Source: Candidatus Obscuribacteraceae bacterium (GTDB lineage Bacteria; Cyanobacteriota; Vampirovibrionia; Obscuribacterales; Obscuribacteraceae). From it: a stretch of 64,000 nt of DNA. Where the stretch lies: NCBI GenBank assembly GCA_044226015.1, contig JBGAHS010000004.1, positions 352,001-416,000 of the forward strand, in the 5' to 3' direction. The position numbers and the translations under genes are program-made. A model generated the notes under the pieces. That model had not been told where the DNA came from, searched no databases, and saw nothing but the letters and a program-made list of their open reading frames with translations. The stretch's first letter is position 1. Each line of letters begins with the position of its first letter. Positions 19,388-30,064 of this stretch are shown piece after piece.

Positions 19388-19931
19388 TGATTGAGAAAAC
19401 TTCTACGCCCTCGGGCATCTTCTTGCGACCATCGAGGAAGCCGAGTTCAACCACGAAGCCAATGCAGGTTACATCTGCTCCTACTTTATTCAAAAGCTTG
19501 TATGCCGCCTGTGCTGTTCCACCGGTGGCTAGCAAATCATCTATCAAAATGACGCTGTCGCCCTTCGAAACGCAGTCTTCGTGCACTTCCAATGTGTCGG
19601 TGCCGTACTCTAATTGGTAAGATTCGCTCACCACTCGTGCCGGCAACTTGCCTGGCTTGCGCACCGGAATGAAGCCAACATTGAGTTTGTGGGCGATGGC
19701 TGGTCCAAGGATGAACCCACGGGCTTCAATACCCGCAATATATTGCGGTTTCATCGTCGAAAAATAATCAGCAAAAACATCGATGACATAACCGAACGCG
19801 TCTTTGTCACGAAGCAATGTGGTCAGGTCTTTGAATACGATTCCTGGCTTCGGGAAATCTGGAATGTCCCGAATTTTGCTCTTTAGCCAATTAGCCTTTT
19901 CTGAACTGACCGGATGTAGGGCTTCTGTCAT
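19377..19931 (-). CDS. apt: Adenine phosphoribosyltransferase
   Basis: IRDIPDFPKPGIVFKD, GIEARGF, RKPGKLP and IDDLLATGGT motifs. Start moved to ATG 19931 (MTEALHP). Confidence 0.96.
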   Translation of the reverse strand: MTEALHPVSSEKANWLKSKIRDIPDFPKPGIVFKDLTTLLRDKDAFGYVIDVFADYFSTMKPQYIAGIEARGFILGPAIAHKLNVGFIPVRKPGKLPARVVSESYQLEYGTDTLEVHEDCVSKGDSVILIDDLLATGGTAQAAYKLLNKVGADVTCIGFVVELGFLDGRKKMPEGVEVFSIIDF

Positions 19932-22900
19932 TGTAGTTTGCCTTTGGATAGATGTCGTGTTGCGGACCTTCTTGATTTGCCCCGGCACTTTCGGTGGAAA
20001 TGCGAATCGCATTTGGGACAAGCTCAGATTGTATCTCGTCAAGGGGCGCTTCGGCGCACCAGTTTCTAAATTCCGTAATCTCTTGCAGCGTATTTGCAAG
20101 CTGACGGTACTCAAGAAGGTTTTCCCAGCCGCCACCGGGTGCCCCAGAAATATCGAGGAAAATGACGGAATCTTCTGCGTACCAGTCAATAACGTCTGCT
20201 TTCTTCAGGAGCGTGAGCCCGAGTGCCAGGGACATCTTCGAAGTTGCCAGTCCGGCGCACAATTTATCTGACTGGGCCTGACCATCTCTCTGATTTACTG
20301 CAAAGCGGACCATAGCCAGCAATCGTTTTAAGAAGGAAGAGGCGTTGTACTGCTCGGCAGCGCCAGCCCCGCACAAATAAATGTTTGAAGCCTGGCTTTT
20401 GCCAATGATATTGCGGAATGCTTGCAGAGTTGGTGGGTACTGCCATACGACTAGATGCGGCGCCGAACTCAGCATGGTTCTATCTACCAGGCTGTGTCCT
20501 TCCAGTTTGCACGCCTCGGCGTAAATCTGTACTTGCGAGCCTAATTTTCTTGCTGCTGTTTCAGCAACAGTGGCTGGTGAAGTATGTTGTCTGAGGTCTT
20601 TCCAGCTGACCTGAATATTTACAGGTTGAGGTGTAATTACTGGGAAACTGTCTCTGACTACACCTGTATCTACTAGGGGTTCTGATTTGGCGGCTTTTTG
20701 CTTCAAGTAACTCTTTGGATAGAGTTCTTGTTCACTGATGCCTCCGCTCATAATTCCAGCTGAGAAATCATCGTCGTAAGTGAGAGAGTCGTCGAGAATG
20801 CTCTCTAGCTCGTTGACGCTTTCTGCCGTTATTCGCGTTCTTTCCGGACGCATGTCAATGCTAGAGCCGTCATTCAATTGTGTATCAGTAGAAACTAGTT
20901 GATCAACCACCACCGTTGAAGCCGTGTCGCCGTCATAATTGGTTTCAAGGTGAATGACTCGTTCAGTTGTTTTTCCGTCTGCATCAAGTTCATCTTCAAT
21001 TTCGCTCTGTGAAACTGAGTTTCCTGACCCAGGCGATTTCGTTTTTTCTGCTGGTGATGCTGCAACTACCGGTAATTCAAATGTACTTCCAGACTTTCTG
21101 CTGATGAAATCAGGCAATGTTGCTGTGCCGCCTTGAGAATTTTCTTGGGCTGACGCAGCAATCTCTCTGGTTGATGCTTCTTGTGATGCAGTTGACGCAT
21201 TCGATGTTGTTGAAGGACTGCTTAAAGCGTTTGTTTTGCTTGCAGCTGCGGGAGTACTGTTTGCTGCTTCTGCCACCAAGGGCGGTGTGAAGTCCAGTAT
21301 CTCTGGTTCTTCTTCTTCGACAAGTTCGCCACTTCGGCGCCAATCACATAATACGAGTTGAAGCCGCTCTGTCTTGTTGAACACGTTTACATCGGGGTTG
21401 AAAGCAAGATCGATTTCTTCTCCGTCAGCCGGAATTTCTCCACTGCGCCAGTAAACACACTCAAATTGAGTGGCATGATCTGCAGAGCGAAGCACAAGCC
21501 GATGATGTTTACCTTCCTTGCCCAACGGTCTTGTATTCAAAACTGTAAGAGACTGCATTGCCAGCACTGGCTTCTTATTCCACATGCCGAATGGTCCCAA
21601 TTTTCGAAGCGTTTTAGCCAGGGATAAATCAACGTCTTCTGTTTCCACATGCAAATCTATGTCGAGAACCGGACGCTTGCTTTGACCATTAAGTGCTCTG
21701 GTGCAAGTGTCAACCAGGGCACGGCACAATGCATCTGCATTTGTGGCTTCTGCGCTGAAGCCAGCTGCCATCTGGTGCCCACCCCATTTTGTCATGAGAT
21801 GTTCGTTGGCTTTGAGAATTTGATAAAGGTCGATTCCCGGAACTCCACGCGCGGAGCCCTTTAACTTTCCTTCTTCTTTTTCTAGCTCTGCAACGAAGAC
21901 AGGGCAGTGATATTTTTCGACAAGTCGTGATGCGACTATGCCAACAACTCCATGATGCCAACCTTCGGAATAAAGAGCGAGAGCCGCATCTTTTCCGTTT
22001 GCGAGTGCCTGTTTTGCCTTTTGATCGGCTTCAAAGAAAATCTGCTCACACAGTTCTTGCCTTCTAGCATTTTCATGTTCGAGCTGTTGAGCCAGCTCTT
22101 GAGCTTTTTGTTCGTCTTCAACAGTCATCAGCTCAACAGCCAAACCGGCATCTGCCAAACGCCCGACTGCGTTGATTCGTGGCGCCAGTCCGAATCCGAC
22201 GATGTCTGTACCATCGGTTTTCACTGTGTTCTCAAGCAATGCCTGGATGCCGGCGCGCTCAGATTTCACCAGAGCAGGAAGACCTATCTGAACAAGATAG
22301 CGATTTTCTTTTATGAGCGGAACCATATCTGCAATCATTCCCATCGTTAGAAAATCAAGGAGTTTTGGAATCTCCTCTTCCATTTGATTATCTACAAACA
22401 GTGCCTCTGCTAGCTTGTAGGCTACTCCGACACCGGGAAGATGGAATAGGGGATGGTCTTCCTCGAACTGTTTTGGGTGCAATATTGCAACGGCTGGAGG
22501 CAGCAAGTCTGGCATCGAATGGTGATCTGCGATGATCGTTTCTACGCCCAGTGATTTAGCGAGATTGATTTCGGCAAAGTTGGAAATTCCGCAATCGCAA
22601 GTGATGATGAGTTTTGTTCTATGCTTGCTTGCCAGAATGCTTACGGCTTTCAGATTGAGCCCATATCCCTCATTTGCTCTGTTAGGAATATAGAAATCAA
22701 CGTTTGCACCGAGTTTTCTCAGGGCTGTTAGCATGACGGATGTTGCTGTAACTCCATCTACGTCGTAGTCACCATATACGGTGATTTTTTCTTTTGTTGA
22801 AATTGCCTGTGTGATTCTGACGATTGCTTTGCCCATGTCAGCAAATGCCATCGGGCTTGTCGGCGTGTATTTTGATGGGTCAAGAAACGCCCCAGCGGTC

Positions 22901-23031
22901 TCCTCTGTGATGCCGCGTTGTAGCATGAGCTGAGCCAGGACCTCTGAGCCCTCAACTAGCTTTAAGAGCCCTTCTGAAGCTTGCAAAATCTCGGGAAACT
23001 TCCAGATTTTTTTCTTGACAGCGTTTGCCAT
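19891..23031 (-). CDS. recJ: Single-stranded-DNA exonuclease RecJ with a long low-complexity insert and a C-terminal domain
   Basis: YGDYDVDG, EGYG, DCG, DHH, PRINAVGR, WHHGVVGIVAS, GSAR and GGH motifs; recJ-apt synteny. Confidence 0.95.
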   Translation of the reverse strand: MANAVKKKIWKFPEILQASEGLLKLVEGSEVLAQLMLQRGITEETAGAFLDPSKYTPTSPMAFADMGKAIVRITQAISTKEKITVYGDYDVDGVTATSVMLTALRKLGANVDFYIPNRANEGYGLNLKAVSILASKHRTKLIITCDCGISNFAEINLAKSLGVETIIADHHSMPDLLPPAVAILHPKQFEEDHPLFHLPGVGVAYKLAEALFVDNQMEEEIPKLLDFLTMGMIADMVPLIKENRYLVQIGLPALVKSERAGIQALLENTVKTDGTDIVGFGLAPRINAVGRLADAGLAVELMTVEDEQKAQELAQQLEHENARRQELCEQIFFEADQKAKQALANGKDAALALYSEGWHHGVVGIVASRLVEKYHCPVFVAELEKEEGKLKGSARGVPGIDLYQILKANEHLMTKWGGHQMAAGFSAEATNADALCRALVDTCTRALNGQSKRPVLDIDLHVETEDVDLSLAKTLRKLGPFGMWNKKPVLAMQSLTVLNTRPLGKEGKHHRLVLRSADHATQFECVYWRSGEIPADGEEIDLAFNPDVNVFNKTERLQLVLCDWRRSGELVEEEEPEILDFTPPLVAEAANSTPAAASKTNALSSPSTTSNASTASQEASTREIAASAQENSQGGTATLPDFISRKSGSTFELPVVAASPAEKTKSPGSGNSVSQSEIEDELDADGKTTERVIHLETNYDGDTASTVVVDQLVSTDTQLNDGSSIDMRPERTRITAESVNELESILDDSLTYDDDFSAGIMSGGISEQELYPKSYLKQKAAKSEPLVDTGVVRDSFPVITPQPVNIQVSWKDLRQHTSPATVAETAARKLGSQVQIYAEACKLEGHSLVDRTMLSSAPHLVVWQYPPTLQAFRNIIGKSQASNIYLCGAGAAEQYNASSFLKRLLAMVRFAVNQRDGQAQSDKLCAGLATSKMSLALGLTLLKKADVIDWYAEDSVIFLDISGAPGGGWENLLEYRQLANTLQEITEFRNWCAEAPLDEIQSELVPNAIRISTESAGANQEGPQHDIYPKANYNDRSPTSGQFRKG

Positions 23032-23706
23032 TTTTTACACCCAATCCTGATTTTCGTGACCCAGCAGATCTGATGTATATAAAAATCGCCAATGCTGCAT
23101 ATAGAATCGCGCCACCAGTCGTGATACCGTCGACAAATTAGAACCACAGTTATTCTGCAGCTAGAATACTCGTTTTTCGTATCAAGCTCAACAAAATGAG
23201 AGCTTGCAAAGGCTTACGATTCGGCGTTCTTCGGAGGTCAAACGACATGTGCTTTGCTTATAAAAAGGCGAGTTTTTATTTCGAGTAGATCCCTTACAGA
23301 TATAGAGACGTTTGAATCAAGCCAAGAGTTCAAAAGAAAGTTCAGGATCTATTCTTTTAATCTAAACAAAGTTTCCTTCAGAAATATATGCGATGCCGCC
23401 TCTTAGAGATCTTCTCGGAGTGCCATCGCATTTAAATTTGACCACTGGGTGCCAGTTTTAGCGGTCATCAGAATTTCTGGGACACTCCGAGCAGTAGCCT
23501 GTACTCTGAGCCACCGACAGAGATTGAACTCTGGGCTCAAGCTTTTGGCGTGTCCGTTATGTCACGAGTTTACTTTGTGCAACTCTAGCGAACCTAAAAA
23601 TCAGGGATTTGAGGCTTTTCAAGAGAGCCGGGATTCCCGTTTTTGTCGCAGTTCCACGATTTGGAGTAAAATGGGCTTTCCATATATAGATTCAGAGGAG
23701 AGCACC

Positions 23707-25419
23707 GTGAGTTCGTCTGCGCCTGCACCTACAAAGTCTTCCGATTTCATTAGAGACATCATCAACGATGACCTTGAAGCAAAGCGTCATTCGAAGGTAA
23801 TTACGCGCTTTCCGCCAGAGCCTAATGGCTTTTTGCACATCGGTCACGCTAAGTCGATTTGCCTCAATTTCGGGCTTGCACTTGAATATCGTGAGAAGAT
23901 GCCTGACAGCGGAACACGTTGCCATTTACGCTTTGATGACACCGACCCGGTAAAAGAAGACACTTTGTTCGAGGAAGGCATCAAAGAAGACGTGCGCTGG
24001 TTGGGGTTCAACTGGGACGGGTTCTATCATGCCAGTGATTATTTTGAAAAGATGTTTGAATACGCGCAACATCTCATCAAGGAAGGCAAAGCTTATGTTT
24101 GCAGCTTGAAGGATGAAGAGATCAAAGCTTATCGAGGAAACGTCACAACTCCTGGTAAGCCGAGTCCCTATCGTGATCGCAGTGTCGAAGAAAATCTTGA
24201 CCTGTTTAATCGCATGCGTGCAGGTGAATTCAAAGATGGCGAGCATGTGCTTCGCGCGAAAATTGATATGGTCAATGCAAATATGAAGATGCGAGATCCG
24301 CTTCTTTACCGCATTCGGCACACCAAACACCACATGACGGGTGACAAATGGTGTATTTACCCGATGTACGATTATGCTCATCCTATCTCTGATGCAATCG
24401 AGGGAATCACGCACAGTATCTGCACTCTAGAGTTCGAGAATAATCGCGAGCTTTATGATTGGATGATTGATAATTTGATCGATTACGCAAAGTTTCCGAG
24501 CCGACCTCATCAATATGAATTTGCGAAACTCTCATTGAACTGGACAGTTATGAGCAAGCGCCGCTTGCTGGAACTTGTTGAAGGGAAGCACGTGAGTGGT
24601 TGGGACGACCCACGATTGCCTACCATCGCGGGAATGCGTCGCCGCGGTTTCACTCCGGAAGGCATTCGCAATTTCTGTGCAAGTGTCGGTGTAGCCAAGG
24701 CAAACAGCGTTGTCGATATGGCTCAGCTCGAATTCTTTATTCGTGATGACTTAAACCACAAGGCACCACGTGTGATGGCAGTTCTAAAGCCTCTTAAGAT
24801 GGTCATAGAAAACTATCCTGATACAGACGAGGAGTTAGATGCCTCGTACTGGCCGCACGATGTTCCAAAAGAGGGAACACGAAAAGTGCCATTCAGTAAG
24901 GAAATCTACATTGAACAAGACGATTTCATGCTCGACCCACCGAAGGATTATTACCGACTTGGACCTGGTAAGGAAGTTCGTTTGCGATACGCATATTGCG
25001 TGACCTGCACTGATGTGATTAAGGATGCAGATGGCAATGTGACTGAGATTCGTTGTACCTATGACCCGAAGACGCTTGGTGCAAATCCGGAAGGACGCAA
25101 GGTCAAAGGCACGATTCACTGGGTTAGTGCGAAGCATGCTATCAATGCTGAACTGCGCTTGTACGATCGAATTTTGGCAGTTGAGTCGCCACCGACAGGC
25201 AAAGACACAGAGTTTCTCAATGCAATAAATCCAAATGCTCTTCAGACCTTGAAAAATTGCAAGCTCGAACCAAGTTTGGCTTCGGTAAAGCCCGGCGAGC
25301 ATTTTCAATTTGAACGCCAAGGATATTTTGTTGCTGATATAAAGGATTGCAAACCTGAGTCTCTGGTCTTCAATCGAGTTGTTACTCTCAAAGACAGCTA
25401 CAATAAAGCGAAGAAGTAG
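23707..25419 (+). CDS. glnS: Glutamine--tRNA ligase
   Basis: [35 protein letters not shown] and FQFERQGYF motifs. GTG start preceded by GAGGAG. Confidence 0.96.
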   Translation: MSSSAPAPTKSSDFIRDIINDDLEAKRHSKVITRFPPEPNGFLHIGHAKSICLNFGLALEYREKMPDSGTRCHLRFDDTDPVKEDTLFEEGIKEDVRWLGFNWDGFYHASDYFEKMFEYAQHLIKEGKAYVCSLKDEEIKAYRGNVTTPGKPSPYRDRSVEENLDLFNRMRAGEFKDGEHVLRAKIDMVNANMKMRDPLLYRIRHTKHHMTGDKWCIYPMYDYAHPISDAIEGITHSICTLEFENNRELYDWMIDNLIDYAKFPSRPHQYEFAKLSLNWTVMSKRRLLELVEGKHVSGWDDPRLPTIAGMRRRGFTPEGIRNFCASVGVAKANSVVDMAQLEFFIRDDLNHKAPRVMAVLKPLKMVIENYPDTDEELDASYWPHDVPKEGTRKVPFSKEIYIEQDDFMLDPPKDYYRLGPGKEVRLRYAYCVTCTDVIKDADGNVTEIRCTYDPKTLGANPEGRKVKGTIHWVSAKHAINAELRLYDRILAVESPPTGKDTEFLNAINPNALQTLKNCKLEPSLASVKPGEHFQFERQGYFVADIKDCKPESLVFNRVVTLKDSYNKAKK

Positions 25420-25448
25420 TTTGAACGACCTTCACCATGGCCTATGAG

Positions 25449-26672
25449 CTAGTGGGAAATCGTCGAGAGGCTGTCTGAAACTTCAATTGCTTCAGCACTC
25501 AGGTATGTGCCTGGTCTGCGCTTGCTGTGTACTGGCTCGAGAGAATAGCTTGTTTCAGCTATGTAATCTGATGGTTCCTGGTGATAGAGTGCAAGTAGTG
25601 TGTTTACATCGCGTTCATTCAGTTTGGCTTCGTGGTCAGAACAGCCCTTCTCCGAGCAGCTGGTTTCGTGCATCAAATCTGGTTTGCTGCTGCTATGTCC
25701 GATGATGCCGAGGCAGTGTCCGATTTGATGAAGTGCAGATAGCTGTACGCGATTTGCTTGTTCAGCTGCGGACAAGTTTGCAGCCGGGGCTGCGATCTGC
25801 ATTGATGCGTGCGTGATGCAAGCTGCTCCTAAAGTGAGGCGGCTTCCGCCATTTTGTCCTTTGCTCTTCGCCGAAGAATCGAGTGCGATGGAGTTGGAAT
25901 TGCGTTCGTCGCTTTCGGCGCCGGCATTGCTGCTCAGGGCGCAGTCGATGTCAGCCATGCGAGGGTCATTGACGAAAACAAAGCTGACAAAACCTTTCGA
26001 GCTTTGTTGCCATTGCCAGAAGGCGCGACCCAGTTGTTCTTTGACGCCAGGTTGGGCAGCAGATTCATCAATAAAGACTCGTAGCGGCATTGCGGAAGAC
26101 TGCCAGCGTGACTTATCTTTGTCAGCGGTCTGTGATAAATAATTGGTGCCTGGTTCAAACCTTTGTTTGGCCAGAAAAGATTTCTTGTGGTGTTCAGCTT
26201 CTTCGACCTGGCAGCTCACCTGTTCACGGAAGCAGCCTCGCGGAAATGCCTTGAGATAGTCTTGACCCGAAGAGATCGCTTCGAAAGGCTTGTAAGCTCG
26301 GAAGTAGATTGAAGTTAAAGTGGCGCGTGCCTCTTCGTCGTTTCTGTTCAAGCGAATTGCTGCCTGGCAGTACTTGATTGCGTCATCCCATTTGCCGATA
26401 TCCATCAAGTTTTGCGCGATAACCATGAGTGGCTTGCTCCAGTTGGGGCAAAGCTTCGCGGCTTCGGTCGCGTGCTCGATAGCGCCATTCTTGTTACCTG
26501 ACTTGGTCATTTTCTGCGCAATCGCCATCTGTTTCATCGCTTGTTCGGCGGTGGGAGAGATTGCAGCGCTCGATGAGTTGGCGTCCATGTCTTGTGCCAT
26601 GACAGCACAGTTCAGCGAAGCCAAAAGAAGAGCGGAATTCAGTATTCGGGCGAATACGCGGTTTGAAAACAT
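25449..26672 (-). CDS. Secreted TPR + matrixin (M10-like) domain protein with degenerate catalytic Glu
   Basis: Signal peptide, TPR-like helices, RW...MPLRVFI, HQIGHCLGIIGHS, a DLM Met-turn and LNERDVNTL. Confidence 0.8.
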   Translation of the reverse strand: MFSNRVFARILNSALLLASLNCAVMAQDMDANSSSAAISPTAEQAMKQMAIAQKMTKSGNKNGAIEHATEAAKLCPNWSKPLMVIAQNLMDIGKWDDAIKYCQAAIRLNRNDEEARATLTSIYFRAYKPFEAISSGQDYLKAFPRGCFREQVSCQVEEAEHHKKSFLAKQRFEPGTNYLSQTADKDKSRWQSSAMPLRVFIDESAAQPGVKEQLGRAFWQWQQSSKGFVSFVFVNDPRMADIDCALSSNAGAESDERNSNSIALDSSAKSKGQNGGSRLTLGAACITHASMQIAAPAANLSAAEQANRVQLSALHQIGHCLGIIGHSSSKPDLMHETSCSEKGCSDHEAKLNERDVNTLLALYHQEPSDYIAETSYSLEPVHSKRRPGTYLSAEAIEVSDSLSTISH

Positions 26673-27036
26673 AACGACTGATCCTCTGCACGGAAAAAAG
26701 AATCTGCGTTCGAACTATTTAGTAAGTTCATTCATAATATGCCCAACTCCGTAACAAATTCGTGAAATTTTCAGGTCAAACCCAAGATCTTTTATGAAAT
26801 TTCCTTATCAGTCCTCGTTTTACGCGTTTTCGCGTATACCGATTTGTGGATTTTGTCAGGCTGGGAAAGCATTTCAAAATAGTGGACTCATCTAAATCTG
26901 AGGGGCGGCAAATTGGCATTTTGGGGTTGAAAAAGGCGCCGGATTATTCATTTCGATTTGTGCTCTTGAGGCGAAGCCAAGGGTTTTAGAACATGCGAAG
27001 TCGTGGAAAACTGGTGTTAACTATTGGGGGAATACC

Positions 27037-27651
27037 ATGTCTGCATTGATCAAGAAATCCGCTGTAATCCTTCTATCGCTGGCGTTTTCAGCTATTCCGG
27101 CTTTCGCCGATTCAGATGCGGCTGATAAACTCGACCAGCAAGTGAAGTCTGATGCAGCCGCGCTGAGCGACGAGCAGAAGCAGCTAGCTGATTACCAGGC
27201 ACAAGCCAAATGGTACGAAGATTTCGCTCAAAAGCGCCTTCAACACGCTGATGTTGAGCGAAAAGAAGTTGAATCGCGATTAAAGGTTGTTGAGGCAAAA
27301 TTGGCTCAGCACCCAGATAAAAACCCGAAAAGTCCAGCTAATGTTGAACTTGCAGCACTTAAGGGCTGGTTGGCAGACGAAGCCTCTAAGCGAAACCAGA
27401 TAGAGTCAACCAGAGCTAAATGGAAAGCGGCAGTTGAAGCTGAGCAAGCCAAAATTTCGCAAACAAAATACCAGAAAGATGTTGATACTGCTTCTTTGAA
27501 CTACCAGAAAGAGCAGGATAAGGAAAAGGATACAAGAGCCGCAGAGAATCCAAAGCCTGCGCCGCCAGAGGTGAAGCAGAACACGATTTTGCTGCCTGGA
27601 TACGAAACAGAGCAGGGTACAGTGCCGTCGCTTTTGGGTCCCCAACGCTAG
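27037..27651 (+). CDS. Secreted coiled-coil hypothetical protein
   Basis: GGGGGA RBS, signal peptide ending AFA, helical charged body. Confidence 0.8.
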   Translation: MSALIKKSAVILLSLAFSAIPAFADSDAADKLDQQVKSDAAALSDEQKQLADYQAQAKWYEDFAQKRLQHADVERKEVESRLKVVEAKLAQHPDKNPKSPANVELAALKGWLADEASKRNQIESTRAKWKAAVEAEQAKISQTKYQKDVDTASLNYQKEQDKEKDTRAAENPKPAPPEVKQNTILLPGYETEQGTVPSLLGPQR

Positions 27652-27674
27652 TTATATCTGTTGTATAGCTTTTG

Positions 27675-27703
27675 GAAAACTCCGGTCACAAGCCGGAGTT
27701 TTC
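27675..27703. terminator. Intrinsic terminator hairpin
   Basis: gaaaactccgg-tcacaag-ccggagttttc. Confidence 0.8.
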
Positions 27704-27807
27704 GCTTATGTCCATATAACGTCGAGATGAAGGATAGATCGTAAGATCTTTATAGAACTCGCTAGATGCTGGTTCTTATTAGGTCTACCCGACTCTGAGA
27801 GATACGA

Positions 27808-29967
27808 ATGAATACAAAAAGATGCGTTCAAGCTGCTGTTGCCGGTTTCCTTGCTGCTGCTACTGCACCGACCTTAATTCTAGAGTCTCTGGCTCAAGGA
27901 ACTACGGCTGGAAGCGGTGCGCCGCCTCAGGCACCTTCGTTTTTGAAGCAGGCTGGTCAAAAAATATTTGAAAATGCTCAGAAGAAAGTTTTGCATGGTT
28001 TGAACGAAAAATTGCAGACTCCACAAGGTCAAGCCGCCACGCCTCCGAATGGTATGCCACCTCTTGCGCCAGGCACTGCCGGCGGTGCTTCCGTTAGCCC
28101 CAGTGCAGCTGGCACCGCAGTTCCAGGTACGGCTGCCCCAGGTACATTGCAGGTTACAGCTCCAGGTACACTGCCAGGTCCAGCTCCAGCGGCAGTTCAG
28201 GGAACCTCTCCGGGCACAGCGACGACGGCTCCAGTTGCACCCGTGGGAGCTGGCAGCACCGTCACAACGACTGCTCCGGCTCGACAGCTAGCTCCATGCA
28301 GATCTTGGGTAGACCCTTCGGACAGGCCAATCGCTTGTTTGCTCTGTATTCATGGTTTGGGACTTCAAAGTAATTCTTACGAGTTTTTTGCTAAGGAGAC
28401 TTCTAAGAAGGGGCTTGCTGTCTACGCAATTGATGTGCGTGGATTTGGCACATGGATGAAATCTAACGGAAAAGGCAAAGTCAATTTTGATGATTGTTTG
28501 GCGGACATTAAGCAAACTCTGGAGTCCATCAAGTCTGCGAACCCAGGAGTTCCTGTGTACATACTCGGAGAATCCATGGGCGGGGCTATCGCACTGCGCG
28601 CTGCTTCCATGTATCCCGAGCTAATAGATGGTTTGATCTCTTCTGTTCCTGCTGGTGAGAGGTTTCAGCAAGAGAAAACGAGCGCTAAGGTGTTCTTGAA
28701 TTTGCTGTCTGGAATGAATCTCGCAGATGTGGGTGGTGACATAGTAAATCAAGCTACGAAGAATGCTAAGTTGGCCACCCAATGGAAGGATGATCCACTG
28801 GCGCGATTGAATTTGTCGCCACAGGAATTGATTCAGTTTCAGGATTTTATGAACTTCAATCATGAGGCTGCGAAGAAGGTTTCGCAAATGCCGGTACTCT
28901 TTGTCCAGGGCATTGGCGATCAGCTTGTTAAGCCGGAGGGCACCTGGCAATTGTTCAACTCAATTGCTTCGAAGGACAAATCATTCTTTGCCATGCCTGG
29001 GGAGCATTTGATTTTTGAGGAGGCCCAGACTCAGGATGCTGGACCTCGTGACCAGAACTTTCGAGTTATCTCCGCTTGGCTTACAAACAAGGTTGGCAGA
29101 AAACGGCGCTATTCCAATCAAACTGCTGGTACCAATGGCGGTGACAACTTCGGTTACGGTGGTGGTATTGGATACGGCGGCAACGGCGGTGGATACGGCG
29201 GCAATGGTGGCGGATACGGCGGCAATGGCGGTGGATATGGCGGCAATGGCGGTGGATATGGCGGCAATGGTGGCGGATACGGCGGCAACGGTGGTGGATA
29301 TGGCGGCAATGGTGGAGGATACGGCGGCAACGGTGGAGGATACGGCGGCAACCTCCTAAGTTTTCAGGGACTTGAAGGTCCGACTCGAATGATTGATTCG
29401 GGAAGATTCAGTGACGCTATTGCAGAGTTGGAGAAAATCAAGTCTCAACGCCCAGGAGACCCTCAAGTTCTAATGTTGCTTGGTAAGGCCTATTCAATGT
29501 CTGGAGATAGATTTCAGGCTGCGAGCTATTTCCGCTCAGCTATGCGATTGAATCGAGGCGGTGGTGACAGAGCTAAAGCGTTTAATTCCTATATGCTGGG
29601 GCTTGAGCCTTCTACTGGCAATGGTGGAAACAATGCGATGAGAGGTGGCTATGGGGCTAGTAGCGGACCTGTTGCATTCGGGCAAAAAGGCACCGTGTAC
29701 GCGTTTTATGCTAACTGGGCTGACCAATGCAAAAACATAAACGACCAGTTGAGGCAATTGACCGCTGCTTACGGTCAACGCATAAATGTTACTCCGGTGA
29801 ACATTGAAGATCGGGCATCTGATTCGTTAGTTGATAAATACAATATTGGCCCAATCCCAACGGTGGTTTTTGTCGATGGCAGCGGGCAAGTTAGCTCCAC
29901 AATCATCGGAGAATCAAGCCTTGCGAATTACGAAAAAGCTGTGAAAAATATCTTGAATATACGATAG
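27808..29967 (+). CDS. Secreted alpha/beta hydrolase (lysophospholipase-like) fused to a Gly-rich repeat, TPR and thioredoxin-like domain
   Basis: IHGLG, DVRGFG, GESMGG, GDQLV and GEH motifs; C-terminal FYANWADQC...IPTVVFVD. Confidence 0.85.
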   Translation: MNTKRCVQAAVAGFLAAATAPTLILESLAQGTTAGSGAPPQAPSFLKQAGQKIFENAQKKVLHGLNEKLQTPQGQAATPPNGMPPLAPGTAGGASVSPSAAGTAVPGTAAPGTLQVTAPGTLPGPAPAAVQGTSPGTATTAPVAPVGAGSTVTTTAPARQLAPCRSWVDPSDRPIACLLCIHGLGLQSNSYEFFAKETSKKGLAVYAIDVRGFGTWMKSNGKGKVNFDDCLADIKQTLESIKSANPGVPVYILGESMGGAIALRAASMYPELIDGLISSVPAGERFQQEKTSAKVFLNLLSGMNLADVGGDIVNQATKNAKLATQWKDDPLARLNLSPQELIQFQDFMNFNHEAAKKVSQMPVLFVQGIGDQLVKPEGTWQLFNSIASKDKSFFAMPGEHLIFEEAQTQDAGPRDQNFRVISAWLTNKVGRKRRYSNQTAGTNGGDNFGYGGGIGYGGNGGGYGGNGGGYGGNGGGYGGNGGGYGGNGGGYGGNGGGYGGNGGGYGGNGGGYGGNLLSFQGLEGPTRMIDSGRFSDAIAELEKIKSQRPGDPQVLMLLGKAYSMSGDRFQAASYFRSAMRLNRGGGDRAKAFNSYMLGLEPSTGNGGNNAMRGGYGASSGPVAFGQKGTVYAFYANWADQCKNINDQLRQLTAAYGQRINVTPVNIEDRASDSLVDKYNIGPIPTVVFVDGSGQVSSTIIGESSLANYEKAVKNILNIR
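29170..29352 (+). repeat. 21-bp coding tandem repeat, (GYGGNGG) x8 plus a partial ninth unit
   Basis: ggata(c/t)ggcggcaa(c/t)gg(c/t)ggN units with synonymous variation. Confidence 0.95.
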
Positions 29968-30064
29968 CTATCTCTCAAGCGTGGCAAAAGGTGTTGGTAT
30001 CGCGCGAGATACCAACACCTTTTGATTTTGCTTCGAATTCTCTTCCTTTTGTTATAATCGAAAT

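Noticed and set aside
19932..20189. N-terminal extension of apt in the ORF track
   Set aside because: It overlaps recJ coding sequence; Apt homology starts near ATG 19931.
23032..23700. oriC in the long AT-rich recJ-glnS intergenic region
   Set aside because: No DnaA-box cluster or dnaA/dnaN seen; likely divergent promoters. The N-terminal extension of glnS in the ORF track is probably not translated.
29154..29351. Pro-rich ORF (PPYPPPL)n on the minus strand
   Set aside because: It is the antisense shadow of the Gly-rich coding repeat.
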